Of a stretch of 64,000 nt of DNA, positions 23,297 to 37,200 are shown one piece after another (position 1 is the first letter of the stretch; each line of letters starts with the position of its first letter). A program made the translations under genes and the position numbers. The DNA is taken from NCBI GenBank assembly GCA_038087875.1, contig CM075988.1, positions 4,216,001 to 4,280,000 on the forward strand. Reading direction: 5' to 3'. The notes under the pieces were generated by a model. The model saw only the letters and a list, made by a program, of their open reading frames with translations. It did not search any database and had not been told where the DNA came from. Source of the stretch: Malacoraja senta (lineage: Eukaryota).

Positions 23297-26200
23297 TTTT
23301 ACTTCGGAGTTACGTGAGTGACTACGTGAAGAACCCCGCCAGTGCGCCTGCGCGTCATTACGTCAAACGCATTGGCGCAAACGGACGCGAGGGGCAGAGC
23401 TCCTCTAGTGGAATTGTAGTTTTTAAACTACAAGGTAAGTATAAACTTTTTTGGAAGTATTTCCGTGTCCGTTTGCTGTGGGTCCGTGGGGATTTTTTCC
23501 ACAGGCGCCATGGAAAAAACGGGCAAGGGGAGGAGGCGAGCGACTCAGCCTGTAGAAAGTTGCGAGATTGCGGTCGGCGACCAGCCACCTCTGACCATGG
23601 TACAGTCGCCAGCAGACAGCATAGCGACTGGGGATATTGGGGCTGAAGTGAATTTAGTCAGCACCAGTGGGGCAAGGCAAAGCCGATAAAAAGCTGCGGG
23701 AATGCGGTCGGTAAAGGACTGCCTCATACCCTACAACAATCGCCGGCTGGGAGAGGGGCGAACTGTGGACTTGTGCATTAAAGAAAAGAACGGAGCCAGC
23801 GTCAGTTGGGTGCTAGGCAACATACAAGTCAGGGCCATGGAGCAAGAGTCAGTTTGGGATTCACCTCCAAGGCTGGATACCACTTTCAGAGTGGATATTC
23901 CAAATGGAGAACCTGTACATAGGTTGCTCCAACAAAACATACTCCAGGAGGAGTGATATCAGAACCAGGCTCCAGAAGCCAGGTCAGCAGCACCTAGTAA
24001 AGGGCTGCTTGATAGCACCCTCATTGATGAGGCGCGTACACAGGGTCAGCAGAATTTCCAAAACAAGCGAAGACGGCAGCTGCCAGATGGGCTATTCCTG
24101 GCAGTACGATTTGCTGCTCTGTGAGAGTTCTGACCCTGAGTCTGACGGTGAGGCCGATACAAGCGAAGACGGCAGCTGCCAGATGTTTTATTCCTGGTAA
24201 TACGATTCGCTGCCCCGTCAGAGTCAGGAGAGCTACTGGAAAGGACGTGGTCTCTGTGATCAACTATTGTGTCTGCCATCAGCTCTAGTAGCTTACGATG
24301 GATGAAAATGCCAAAAAAGCACGAGATCCCAAGGAACTGCGTATTGCTGAAAGTGCTAGCAGTGAACCAAGATAAGGGGTCAGATGGGCGAAGGCATGTA
24401 AGCCGAAGGAAAGTAAACAGCAGAGAATATTGAAGCTGCTGGGTTGATGAACAACTGCAATTTGCAAAACGATCGATGGAGGCCATGGATGGAGATGCAT
24501 CAAGTGGCACTAAGGTTGCTATGTAGCGCCCACTTCAAGATGAATTGTTTCAGGAAGTATGCCATTCGGTCCACCATCAACCCAAAGTTGCAGCAACTCT
24601 GTAAAAGACCAGCAATGTGCAATCATTCAACTTATTCTTCAGAGAAAAAACCTCATGAATCGTGGGAAAGAGTTGGATAATGAGGCAAAAACAGCAAAGT
24701 TGATCACAACATCAATGGTCGTCAAGTCTGCAAAGAGGACGGATCCTTTCAGACATCATACAAAATCCTGGACCGACATCAGGATCAAATCGACCATTGA
24801 AGCAGGTGCGCAGTTGATGTCCTGCAGCAGGAAAATGTAAAAGCGTGGGTTTTGCCTGCCAGGAGCCAGGGACCACAGGTCACTCAGATGACAAAGGAAG
24901 TAGGTGGACCTGGTTCTTATGGGAGCATATTAAGGCAAAAACAGCCAAATATTGGAAGCAAATTACTTCAGTTATTATTCGGAGTATTATAGAAAGGTTT
25001 CTAATTGATTCGATTCAAATACTGGTTTGCCATCCAGCATGTTCCAAGCAGAACACTCCAATTTCACATTAAAATAATTGATGGAGGTTCAAGCTGAATT
25101 GAAAACTTGTTTATAAACAAGTAATTGAAAGGTCGGTTTATCAAAACCACCAAATTGTGTTTAAAATTTCTCAACCTAAAAAGGTGAGGAGTATTTTAGA
25201 TCTGACAAGTCTTTAAAATTTTGTGAAGTATAGACACTTCAAAATAGAGATTTTGAGACTGCCATACAATTTATTTCAAAAAAGATATTTTATGGCACAT
25301 AGATCTGAAAGATGTATATTCTTCTTCTTCTTCTTGTAGGATTCCGGCATTGTAGACAAAGATGTATATTACTTAGTGTTTGTTCATTTATAAGATAAAA
25401 TTATCTAAAGGAACAATTATGGCAATTCAAAGTTTTGTCTAACGGGTTAACTTCAGTCCCTAGAAATTCACTAAATTGGTAAAACCAATTTTGAGGCTAA
25501 TTAGAGTCCAAGGACAGATGTGGATGGCTTAACTGGATGATGTCCTAATTAGGACGAACAAGAGAATTCGTGAGTTATCTCTCTCAAATTATTCAAACCA
25601 CTTTTGAAAGTTGGGTTTAATTCATCCAGAGAGAAATTAAGTTAACGATACTTACAACAATTGATTATTCGATTCAATTGAAAAGGTAGTAATTTACCCA
25701 GGGTAAAGGGTAAAGCTAATTGATGGTTGTATTAAGCAGTTGGAAAAGCAACAATCTTTAATTAAGACAGGTGGCCAGCATGTTAGGAGAATTAGTGTTA
25801 TTTCCAGCAATACAATATGGGCCATTGGACTACGAGCAGCTGCAGACTGCAAAAAGAAAAAAAACTAAGATGCATGATGGCCATTTTTTGATAGGCCATG
25901 CAATTAAACAACAAATGCTGCTTCTGATTGCAGTAGTGGATTTAACATGTCTTCAGTAGTTCAAGCAAGATACGGATTGAACAGTCTTCCATGGTCTTAA
26001 TAGACTGATATCAGTGTACTAGGATTGGTGCCACTGAAAAGGTATCCATCTGTGGACAGATGGAATATGGAAGAAGTATTATTTTACAGACATGGAGAAT
26101 CGACGTTTTAAAGTCTATTGGATGGCTTATGAGGTACAAGCTTGTTGTTAAATACAACTAATCTGCATGTTCAGTTTCAAATTAACAACACTACAGCAAT

Positions 26201-28025
26201 GGCATGTATTAATTGTATGGGTGGAATTTCCATGATAACAAAGAATGGATGTTTAACCTTAAGATTTTTTAATGATATAATAGTCAGATTTGGGAAGCCA
26301 GATATGACTTGTTTCCATCCAGACTCAATCACCAGGTACAGAGATATGTGTTATGGGACTACATCGGGAGACAGTAGCGATGGATGTTTCTCGCTATATT
26401 AGGATGGTAAGTTGTTATAAGCATTTTACTTCATCCTGTCTCATAAATCGGTGTCTGCTTAAAATGAAGCAGTATGCTGCCTCTGGGGTATTCGTGGTAC
26501 CAGACGGATCTATGCAGCCATGGTTCCCTTTGATATTGGAATTTATGACACAGTTTCTGATAAATGTTCCCAAAAGAAGGAAGTTACTGGTGTATTCGAT
26601 AATTGGAGAGTAACATCCGTCATATGCCTGTATGGATGCAGGTATTAAAAAAGAGGATTGTCTGGGCATGCTGGGGACATGCTTACAGCAGTCTGGCGGA
26701 AGAGTACTCAAAAGCAGTACATTTGTGAATCTGAGTTGTGACTCTGTAAATACTGCTTTCCCATTATGTAAAGAATGAGGGGAACAAAATTTCTGTGTAT
26801 AAAAGAATATGGAATGTTGTATGGCACATGTCTCAAATATCTTGGATTGACCTCTATTTAATGGGTTGAGGTATAGTGCGATTTATTCACACAGAAGTAT
26901 ATTATTCCTCGTTTTTATTTGATGAGGTTGGAAAGACATCCTGTTAAGTCTCATTCTTTTATTTCCAGATTAATGAAAGGAATTTTAATTCCAGACCTTC
27001 TAAACCTAGGAGGGAATCTGGAATATAGAATTGTTTTAAGCTACTTCATCAAAGGAGTCTTGGTACGATTCTGATTTGGCCAAGTTCAGCATGAAGGTAG
27101 TCATGTTTATGGCACTTGTAACATTACAAAGTTACAGATACACAGAAGTACCTCAGGATTATGTTATGTTTTACATTTTATGACCTACTCAAATGAAGTA
27201 GGATCAGGTGTGATAGGATTCAAGATTGTTTTATTAACATATTCTATGGATCCATGTCTATATGTTAAGACATATTTATTGCAAAAAATTGAGGCTACAA
27301 AGATCTTATGAATTATGAAAACAAGATTGTTTATCATTCACGAAAAACCATACAAGATAGTGTCAGTTTAGACTATTTTAAGATGGTTAAAAACAAGTTT
27401 TAGTTGCTGCACGTGTGAACATTGATGGTTTTACATTCCATTTTACATTCCATTCAGTTTAGCAGCAACATTGACGACCAGGGCGAAGGAAGTCCCGTCG
27501 ATCATATTCTCACATATTCTGAAGGGGATACTATTAATTCTTTTATTCAAATAAATGAATTACTGCATTTGTAGTACAAATGTTATTATTAATGCATTAT
27601 TGAATATTCTCGTTCCGAGTCAATCAATGCAGTGAGAAGCCGGGATTTGTCTGCGGCATGAAATAACAAAGCTTTAAAATCTTCACGTAGTCACTCACGT
27701 GACTCCGAAGTAAAATAGTAAGATTAAACGAGAACTTACCTAAGTTTGAAGTTTGATCTTTATTTTATGAGGAGTTACGTTGGTGATTACGTGCCCACCA
27801 CGACCCAACCCTCTATCATAAAGGTCAGATGGAAGTTCTTGTATTACTCGTTTTATTATGATACTATATTACTTCGCTTGTTGTTTTTTGTGATTTCACA
27901 CCGCTGCTTCGAAGATTGACGCGCAGGCGCACTGGTGGGGTTCTTCACGTAGTCACCAACGTAACTCCTCATAAAATAAAGATCAAACTTCAAACTTAGG
28001 TAAGTTCTCATTTAATCTTACTATT
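23297..28025 (+). mobile_element. DIRS1-type retrotransposon copy 1, full length, coding regions heavily decayed
   Basis: Left end ttttacttcggag..., ICR 27680-27793 complementary to both ends, right ITR plus extension about 27915-28025; gag (AHFKMNCFRK..I.P), RT (MA*LDDVL), RNaseH (INNTTAMACINCMGG), MT (QPWFP) and YR remnants in order. Confidence 0.93.
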
Positions 28026-28257
28026 ACACAGCACTCTTGCTTTTTACAGAACTTCCTTGCATTTGGTGCAGCATGGTGTGTCTAACTACTTTGATTCATT
28101 TCCAGAGGTCCAACCTCAGATGGGACCACGTGGAAGATAAACAGAAAGGGGCGGCACTGTGGCTCAGCGGTAGAGTTCCTGTCTTACAGCACCAGAGACA
28201 CGGATTCGATCCTGACTATGGGTGCTGTCTGTACGGAGTTTGTACGTTCTCCCTGGG

Positions 28258-29250
28258 AATTGGGAGTGCTGGTGCAGGATTCACAAACATTTCATCTGCT
28301 AGTCGAATCTGTAGTAAAGAAAGCAAACTCAATGCTAGCATTTATTTCAAGAGGGCTTGTATACAAAAACAGGGGTGTAATGTTGAGGCTCTATGAGGGG
28401 CTGGTAAGGCCGCATTTGGAATATTGTGAGCAATTTTGGGCACCATATTGGAGGAAGGCTCTGGAGAGGGTCCAGAGGAGGTTCACAAGAATGATCCCAG
28501 GAATGTGTAGGTTAACCTATGATGAGCGTTTGACGGGAAGGGTTTTGCTGCCTTGTCCTTCATTAGTCAGCGTTTTAATTATAGAAGTTGGGACATTATG
28601 TTACAGCAGTACAAGACGTCGGTGAGGCCTAATTTGGAGTACATTGTCCAGTTTTGGTCACCCTGCTATACAAAGGACTTCATTACATGCAGAGAAGATA
28701 TAGGAGGAGGTTGCCAGGACTCGAGAGCCTGAGCTATAGGGCGAGGTTGGGCAGGTTAGGACTTTATCCCTTAGAGTCCAGGAGGCAGGGGGGTAATTTT
28801 ATTGGGGTGCACAAAATCATGAGTTGAATTGAGAGGGTGAATGCGCAGAGTCTTCTAACCCAGGTTAGGGGAATTTAGAACCAGGGGACATAGATGAGAG
28901 GGTTAAAGTTAATGGGCAATCTGAGGGGCAACTTTGTCACACAGAGGATGGTGGGTATATGGAATAAACTGCCAGAGGAGGTAGTTGAGGTTGACTTTAT
29001 TCCAGCATTTAAAAGACAGCTGGGCAGGTACATAGATAGTCTGAAGAAGGGTCTCGACCTGAAACGTCACCCATTCCTTCTCTCCAGAGATGCTGCCTGT
29101 TACTTCAGCATTTTGGGTCTACATAGATCGGAAAGTTTTCGAGGGTATGGGCCAAATGTGGGAAAATGAGACTAGCTTAATTGGAGCATCTTGGCTGACA
29201 TGGACAAGTTGGGCCGACAGGCCTGTTTCCATGCTGTACGATTCAGTCAC
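28258..29250 (+). mobile_element. CR1 LINE fragments (two subfamilies) with an inserted PLE tail
   Basis: VKKANSMLAFISRG, LVRPHLEYCEQFWAPY, GNFVTQRMVGIWNKLPEEVV. Confidence 0.85.
29038..29071 (+). ncRNA. Minimal type I hammerhead ribozyme motif in a PLE tail
   Basis: agtCTGAAGAagggtctcgacctGAAACGTCacc. Confidence 0.55.
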
Positions 29251-29886
29251 TCTTGCAATACGGACCAATATACCTTTCCCTTCATAAATTACCTTCATGT
29301 TAACTTACAATGATCTGCAAACAACGACCACCAGGACACTCAACACCAACACTTTTTATGTAGGAAGGAACTGCAGGTGCTGGCATTATACCAAAGGTAG
29401 CAACAAAGTGTTGGAGTAACGCAGGGGGTCAGGCAGCATTTCTGAAAAAAAGGAATAAGTGACGTTTGGTCTCGGAACCCTTCTCCACAAACACTTTTTA
29501 GTTCTTCATTAACATTTTTTTTAAACTTTATCTGTGCTTCCACATTTTGTGCCATAGTCAATGACCTCACATATTTCTACCTTATTTTCCTGCTGTCAAA
29601 CCTTTACCCATTCATTTAACCTGCCGGTATGTCCCTGAATCCTTATTTCACAGTGAAAGGAGACTTCAAAGTGGCTGTCTTTGATATTTTCGGAGCAGTG
29701 AATTATCTCATTGTGCAGCAACACGTTGTGCAGGGGAAGGCAGTGAGGAATCATTAAAGATTCAAGTCAAGAGTCTTTTATTGTCATGTGTCCCAAATAG
29801 AACAATGATATTCTCACGCAGCAGCACAACAGAATATGTAAACATAATACACTGTATACAATATAATAAACAAGAAAAAAGGTTCA

Positions 29887-30402
<516 letters not shown>

Positions 30403-32181
30403 GTACACAAGAAAAACAAACAATAATAGTCTATGTAGTTCAGAGCTTATTTGGAGGTTGTAGTGTTTAATAGCCTGATGGCTATTTTGTATGTAAAGTG
30501 AGGAATCATTAAATATTCAAGAGTCAAGAGTCAAGAGTGTTTTATTGTCCTATGTCCCAGATAGAACATCTGAAGACAAATTGCTCAGAGCTTGTTTTTC
30601 TAACTCTTCATTGTAATGAAGTTATTAAGAGGATCCATCTCAATCATCAGATCAAACTTACTGTTGCTTTCCTGCCCATGAGGAGTGTCTCTGAACTGAA
30701 GCAATATGCGTAGTGTTGAGGGCACGGGTATGTCCAGTCATTCAGGATGACTCTTCTATCAGCACCAGGCTAAGCCGTATACCACATCACTAGCATCAGC
30801 TTTAATGGTCTATAATGCATACTCTATTTAAGGATGCAGAGGAGGGTCACGGCCACTCACATTTAGCTATCTACATTTATATAACACTTCGTAAATAGCA
30901 GGATTGCTCTGAGGCTCACAGAAGCTTTGTCAAACTGAATATTTAGCCAATTTAAAAAGCCAGAGATCCAAGCTCTCAGTCAGCTGGGTAGATTGTAAAG
31001 AGCACTGTAATGAGTGGGAGAGAGGCATGAAGGGCTATCTATGCCTGGGTTTCAGTGGTGTTTCAGCCACCAAAGGCATAGCCATCAATGTGTACGAAGG
31101 AACCGCAGATGCTGGTTTAGACCGAAGATAGACACAAAATGCTGGAGTAACTCCGCGGGACAGGCAGCATCTCTGGAGAATGAATATGTGACTTTTCATC
31201 TCGGAGAAAACCCACGCAGGTCACGGGGAGAATATACAAATTCTGCACAGACAGCACCCGTAGTCAGGATCGAACCCGGGTCTCCGGCGCTGTATTCGCT
31301 GTAAGGCAGCAACTCTACCGCTACGCCACCATGCCATCGGACCAGACCTGACATGACCAGAGTTTTGCAAGGGACGTGGGGGTCAGACTCCCTGGGAATA
31401 ACATGGTCATGAATGAAGGTTTCAGCAGCAGATGACTTAGGTGGCCTCAGAGAAGTTATGGATCAGTGGTCCAAATCACAACATGGGATAAATATGGTTA
31501 ATAGTAAGATTAAACGAGAACTTACCAGTTTGAAGTTTGATCTTTATTTTATGAGGAGTTACGATGAGTGATTATGTGAAGAAGAACCCCGCCAGTCCGC
31601 ATGCGTGTCAATCTTCAAAGTAGTGGTGTGAAATCACAGATAACAGTAATTGAAGTAACATAGCAAGATTAGAAACCTAGAACTACTAGATGACCTTTGT
31701 GATATGAGGGTTGAGAGCAGAGGGCACGTAATCGCTCATCGTAACTCCTCATAAAATAAAGATCAAACTTCAAACTGGTAAGTTCTCGTTTAATCTTACT
31801 ATTTTACTTCGGAGTCACGTGAGTGATTCCATGAAGATTTCAAAGCTCTGTGATTTCATGCCGTAGATACAAATCCAGGCATCTCACTGCAGCAATTGAC
31901 TCAATATGAGTGAATAATAAACAATTCATTGAACCATGGCATTAATTTGAATCTGTTAATGGTTTACTTAACAAAGAAAAACAATAGCGACCCCTCTCTC
32001 CCAGGGGGAAGCTATGAAACAGAACTTAAAATAGAATGGGCAGACTTCCAGTGGCGCTATGTTATACTAACAGACGTGCACCTAGCTCCGCTCTCGAAAC
32101 ATTTCGCGATTTTTCACGGTAAAACGTGTCTATAAGTTGGAAATGATTTTAAAAACCTTACCGGAGCTTCTGGTCGCCGGG

Positions 32182-32197
32182 CTGATGACGTCATCAG
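32182..32197. promoter_or_regulatory. 16-bp perfect palindrome containing a full CRE in the L1 5' UTR
   Basis: ctgaTGACGTCAtcag. Confidence 0.5.
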
Positions 32198-32296
32198 TAA
32201 GCGCGATGTTTTACATGGTGGCTTAAAGACTTTTAAATGAGAAAACTGTCTCTAGCCAAGAGCCCTCAGAGAACAGTTAAATAGCTGCTGAAAAAT

Positions 32297-33320
32297 GTGA
32301 AGAATCCTGAAGGAGAAGTTACCTCTGAAGTTTCTGAAATGGTTGCAGAAATGGATACAAGATCTAAGACAGAGCTGGCTAAGGACAAAGAATTTGAGGA
32401 TTGGAAGAAATCAGTGAAAGATATGAAAGCTGAAATTTTGGATGAAAATAAAACTCTGATGGGAAAAATGATGGAAAAAATCGAAAAGATGATGTAGGAT
32501 TCGAATGCTGGTAATCAGAAGGTGGCTGATTCACTGGACACTATAAATAAACAAATTGATGATGTGAAAGATGGACTATCGGGGAGAATTGATAAGATGG
32601 AAAAAGTTACTACGGACAGGTTCACGGCTGTGCTTGAAACAGTGGCTGCTAGTATGGCTACAATTACGGAATTGGAGAAAAATATGGCTAGAGTGGTTGA
32701 AGACATGGTGAAAATGAGGCGAGAACATGATCAAATGAAGCAAGAATATGAGCAAACCTCAGTACAGATGATGACTCAACTGGGGAATGTTTCAGATAAA
32801 TGCCTGGACCTGGAAGCTCGCTCTAGACGCCAGAATTTGAGAATTCTTGGAGTCTCAGAGGGAACTGAGGGAAGGGACATCCGTGAGTTTGCCATGCGCT
32901 GACTTAAACAACTGCTTAATCTCTCCAAAGAACCAAAAATTGAAGTGGCTCATCGTGTTCCAAGATTTAAACCGAGATCTCAAGCTGGAAAAGACCACCC
33001 ACGACATATTATTGTGAAATTTCGTGACATTTCAGAACTGGAAGAGCTGATGAGCAAAATCAAATACGGAGTGCAGCTGAGGACTGAAAATGACATTATC
33101 AAAATATTCAGGGACTATCCGTATGAAATCGTGTAAAAGCGAAATCAATTCGGAAAGGCAAAATAACTTTTAAGAGGGAAACAAGATGTCAGATACGGTG
33201 TTTTTTATCCAGCTAAAATACGCATCTCTCATAATTGGACGTGAAAGATCATTTGTAAAACTGGAGGATGCGTACAAATATGCCCAAAGCATCGTTGAAA
33301 AGTAGAGAACGAATGATATG
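32297..33320 (+). pseudogene. L1 ORF1 (coiled coil + RRM + CTD) with in-frame stops and a frameshift
   Basis: Coiled-coil-like stretch followed by DLEARSRRQNLRILGVSEG, AHRVP, PRHIIVKF, IFRDYP. Confidence 0.9.
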
Positions 33321-34203
33321 AATAAACCCTCTTTTTTTAATTAGAATTCCACAGTTAATGGAGGTTCGGCAGCTCAGAACCATTTCAAGCAGTGTTTTGT
33401 TTAGGATGGCGAGACTGTTATCTGTGGAATTTTAACTCAAGGACATTCTGTGTTCCAAACTAAGTAAACAGCCGAACTGAAGAAAATGGACTATACCAGA
33501 AGCATTAATTGTTTAACAGATTATAATATTAAATCCAATTGTAAGAATTTATCCTATTAACAACTTAACAATTTAACAAGTAATTAATATTAAACTAGAT
33601 TAGTAACGGATGCTAATAAAAATTAAAAAAATAACGAACTAACATAACTAATATAAATTTTTACTAAATCTAAACCTTATCTATAAATGGGAGGAGGGGA
33701 TGAGAAACGAGCACCTGGCTCGGGTCCAGGAGCGCGCTTCATTAACCCCTTCAACCAACAGTTGATTATTATTGAAGCTAAAATCATTTGTTTAATAATT
33801 AGTAGCTAAAATTGCGATATATATATGATATGTTATAATGAAATATATAGGGTAAATTTGTATTATATATCTGAATGTGAGGCCCCGTCCTAATATGTTA
33901 TGTTTAACCAAGGGAGCGGAGTTATTTGTTTAACATCAACAATGGAAGTCGAAACAAGGTTTTCTCCCACCTACAGGTGGGCCACTTGTTACAGTGTCGA
34001 CCATTTTAGACACTGTATTTTCACTTTTTCAATTTAAAAAAAAATAATATTATCACATAAAGTCACATGTTTGTGTTTCGTGTTTAGGGATAAGCGTAAA
34101 AGGGATATGCCAACAAAACTTAGTAATGCAAAGGTTCCCCCAATACCCAAAGACCTGGGACATGGATGCACCGCAAGATTTAAAGGTATTATAATTATTC
34201 AAA

Positions 34204-37200
34204 ATGCAAGATGTTAAACAAAAGAACCTAGGAGGAGTCTCATTCTGCAGTTGGAATATAAGAGGTATTAACGAAGCTATTAAAAGGGGTAAGATACTAG
34301 CTCAGCTGAAACTGTACAATTCTGACATCATCTTCTTACAAGAAACTCATCTAAAATCTCAAGATCAAGCTAGGTTGAGGGCGAAATGGATAGGTCAAAT
34401 ATATCATTCTTCATATACTTCGAAATCTAGAGGTACGTCAATTATTATTAGAAAAGGTATACCATTCAAAGCAAAGAATATCATAACAGACATTGAAGGG
34501 AGATATTTGATAGTTACCGGAGAAATTCATGATACTCCAATTACCTTGGTAAATATATACGCGCCTAACTTTGACAACCCTCATTTTTTCAATAAAATTT
34601 TGAACATAATCGCAGAGTTTAATTATCAAAATGTTATAATAGGAGGAGACTTTAACTGTGTTTTAGATCCGTATTTAGACAAATCAAGCCAAAAACAGAG
34701 AGGGAATACGAAATCTAAAACTAGTGAACTTTTAAATACTTGTATAAACAATACCAATATAGCAGATGTTTGGAGAATTGCTAATCCGACTGGCAGGGAA
34801 TACTCGTTTTATTCAATGGTACACAAAACATACTCACGTATAGATTATTTCCTGGTGGATACAAAATTAATCCCTCACACTGTGAACCCAGCATACCATA
34901 CAAACTCGATTTCAGACCATTCACCACTAACTTTCTTTTTAAAACTGGAAGGAATGTCTAATAATAAATCGTTTTGGAGATTCAATTCTCAAATCCTAAA
35001 AGATCCGCAAGCGAGTATATATTTAAAAGAACAAATGGACGTCTTTTTTGAAATAAATGACACTCCAGATATATCGCCTACTGTATTATGGGAATCTTTT
35101 AAAGCATTTATTAGAGGTGTTATAATCTCATATCAAGCTTTTCAAAATAAAAAGAATAAGAATGAACAAAGACAGTTAGAAGAACTTATTAGACAAATGG
35201 ATATAGATAATGCTAAAGATCCATCAATAGATAAACATAATAAAATAATAATTTTGAAATTTAAATTAAATAAACTATTATCAGCCAAACTTATAAGACT
35301 TTTCCAAATTACAAAACAGGAACACTTTGAATTTGGGGATAAACCGCATAAACTGTTGGCTCGTCAGCTAAAAAAACGAGAAAAAGAACATACGATCCAA
35401 AAGATTAAATCAGATAGAGGGGAATTACTAACCATACCGAAGGATATTAATAAAAGATTTGCGCAATTTTACGAGAATTTGTACACATCTAAAACGACAA
35501 CTGACTCCAATAAAATTACAGAGTTCTTGGATAATTGTAATCTTCCAAAGTTAGTGTTGAAGGAACAAGAGGAATTGGGTGCACAAATTTCAATTAAGGA
35601 ATTAGAAGATACAATAAACTCATTAAAGAATGGAAAAACTCCAGGTCCTGATGGATTTACTAATGAATTTTATAAAAGCTTTTATGACAAAATTATACCA
35701 TGGTTACAAAAAATGTATCAATATGCTTTAAAAAAACAAATATTACCTGATACATTAGCTGAATCAACGATTACACTAATACTTAAAAAAGACAAAGATA
35801 TAGAAGAACCGGGTTCATATAGAGCTATAGCATTGTTAAATACAGATCAAAAAATATTAGCGAAAACATTAGCTAGAAGATTAAGTAAATATATTAGTAA
35901 ATTAATAAACCCAGATCAGACGGGGTTTATCCCTAAGAGATATTCATCTAATAATATGAGACGTCTACTCAATATAATGCACTCACACAAAATTGAAGAT
36001 CCAAGAATTATTAATTATTTCGCTGGACGCTGAAAAAGCATTTGACCAAGTAGAATGGAATTATATGGATAAAGAAAGTATTACAAAAATTCCAACTGGG
36101 AGTGAATTTTATTTTATGGATTAAATTATTATATAATAAACCTACAGCTAGAATATTAACTAATAACATATTATCCTTGAAATTTCAATCAAGGGGAAAT
36201 AGACAAGGATGCTCATTATCACCACAGTTGTTTGCTCTCATAATTGAACAGAATTGCTCTCACAATTGGACAGATGTGTACAGCAATTCATTCTTCCCCC
36301 GCACAATTAAAGCATGGAATAATCTCCACCCTACCATAGTTACCCAACCAGATGCAACTAAATTTAAGGTAGCTCTTTCTTCCCAAAAACCCTTTCTGGC
36401 TTAAGTCCTCCCTCCACCACCTCCAGTTTAAATTCCATTTGGAATATTTTGGAGGACCAAAAAACCAAGAACCAAGAAGAACCTTTAGCAGAAAAAATGA
36501 GAACACATCCAGATATCCATGGGTATAATACTAAATACTCAAATAATAAAATATCCTTATACGCGGATGATATATTATTGTACATTACTAAACCTCAAAT
36601 TACTATACCAAACATATTAAATCTAATTGAGGACTTTGGATCTTTTTCCGGATACAGAATAATTGGAATAAAAGTGAAATGATGTCAATAAAACTGAAAG
36701 ACTCAACACATCTTTTAAAATTCCCTTTTAAAATAGCTACAGAAAAATGTAAATACTTGAGTATTGAAATCACCAGAACATACCAAGGCATGTTCAAAGC
36801 AAATTTTGATCCTTTACTTAATAAATTAAATACACTAATTACATTTTGGAAAACGCTTCCGATGTCTTTAATAGGCCGAATAAATGCAATAAAAATGATT
36901 TGCCTACCACAAATTTTATACCTATTTCAATCGATTCCTATATACCTACCAAAGAAGTTAAAAAAAAAACTGGACTCAGATATTATTAATTTTATATGGG
37001 ACTATAAATCACATAGAATACAAAGAACACACTTGAACAAAGCTAAAGTATTAGGGGGCTTAGCACTCCCTAACTTCATAACCATATAACCATATAACCA
37101 TAACAGCACGGAAACAGGCCATCTCGACCCTTTAAGTCCATGCCAAATTCATGTATTAGTATTGGTCAGTAAATATTAAAAATATGATCCAACTGATGGA

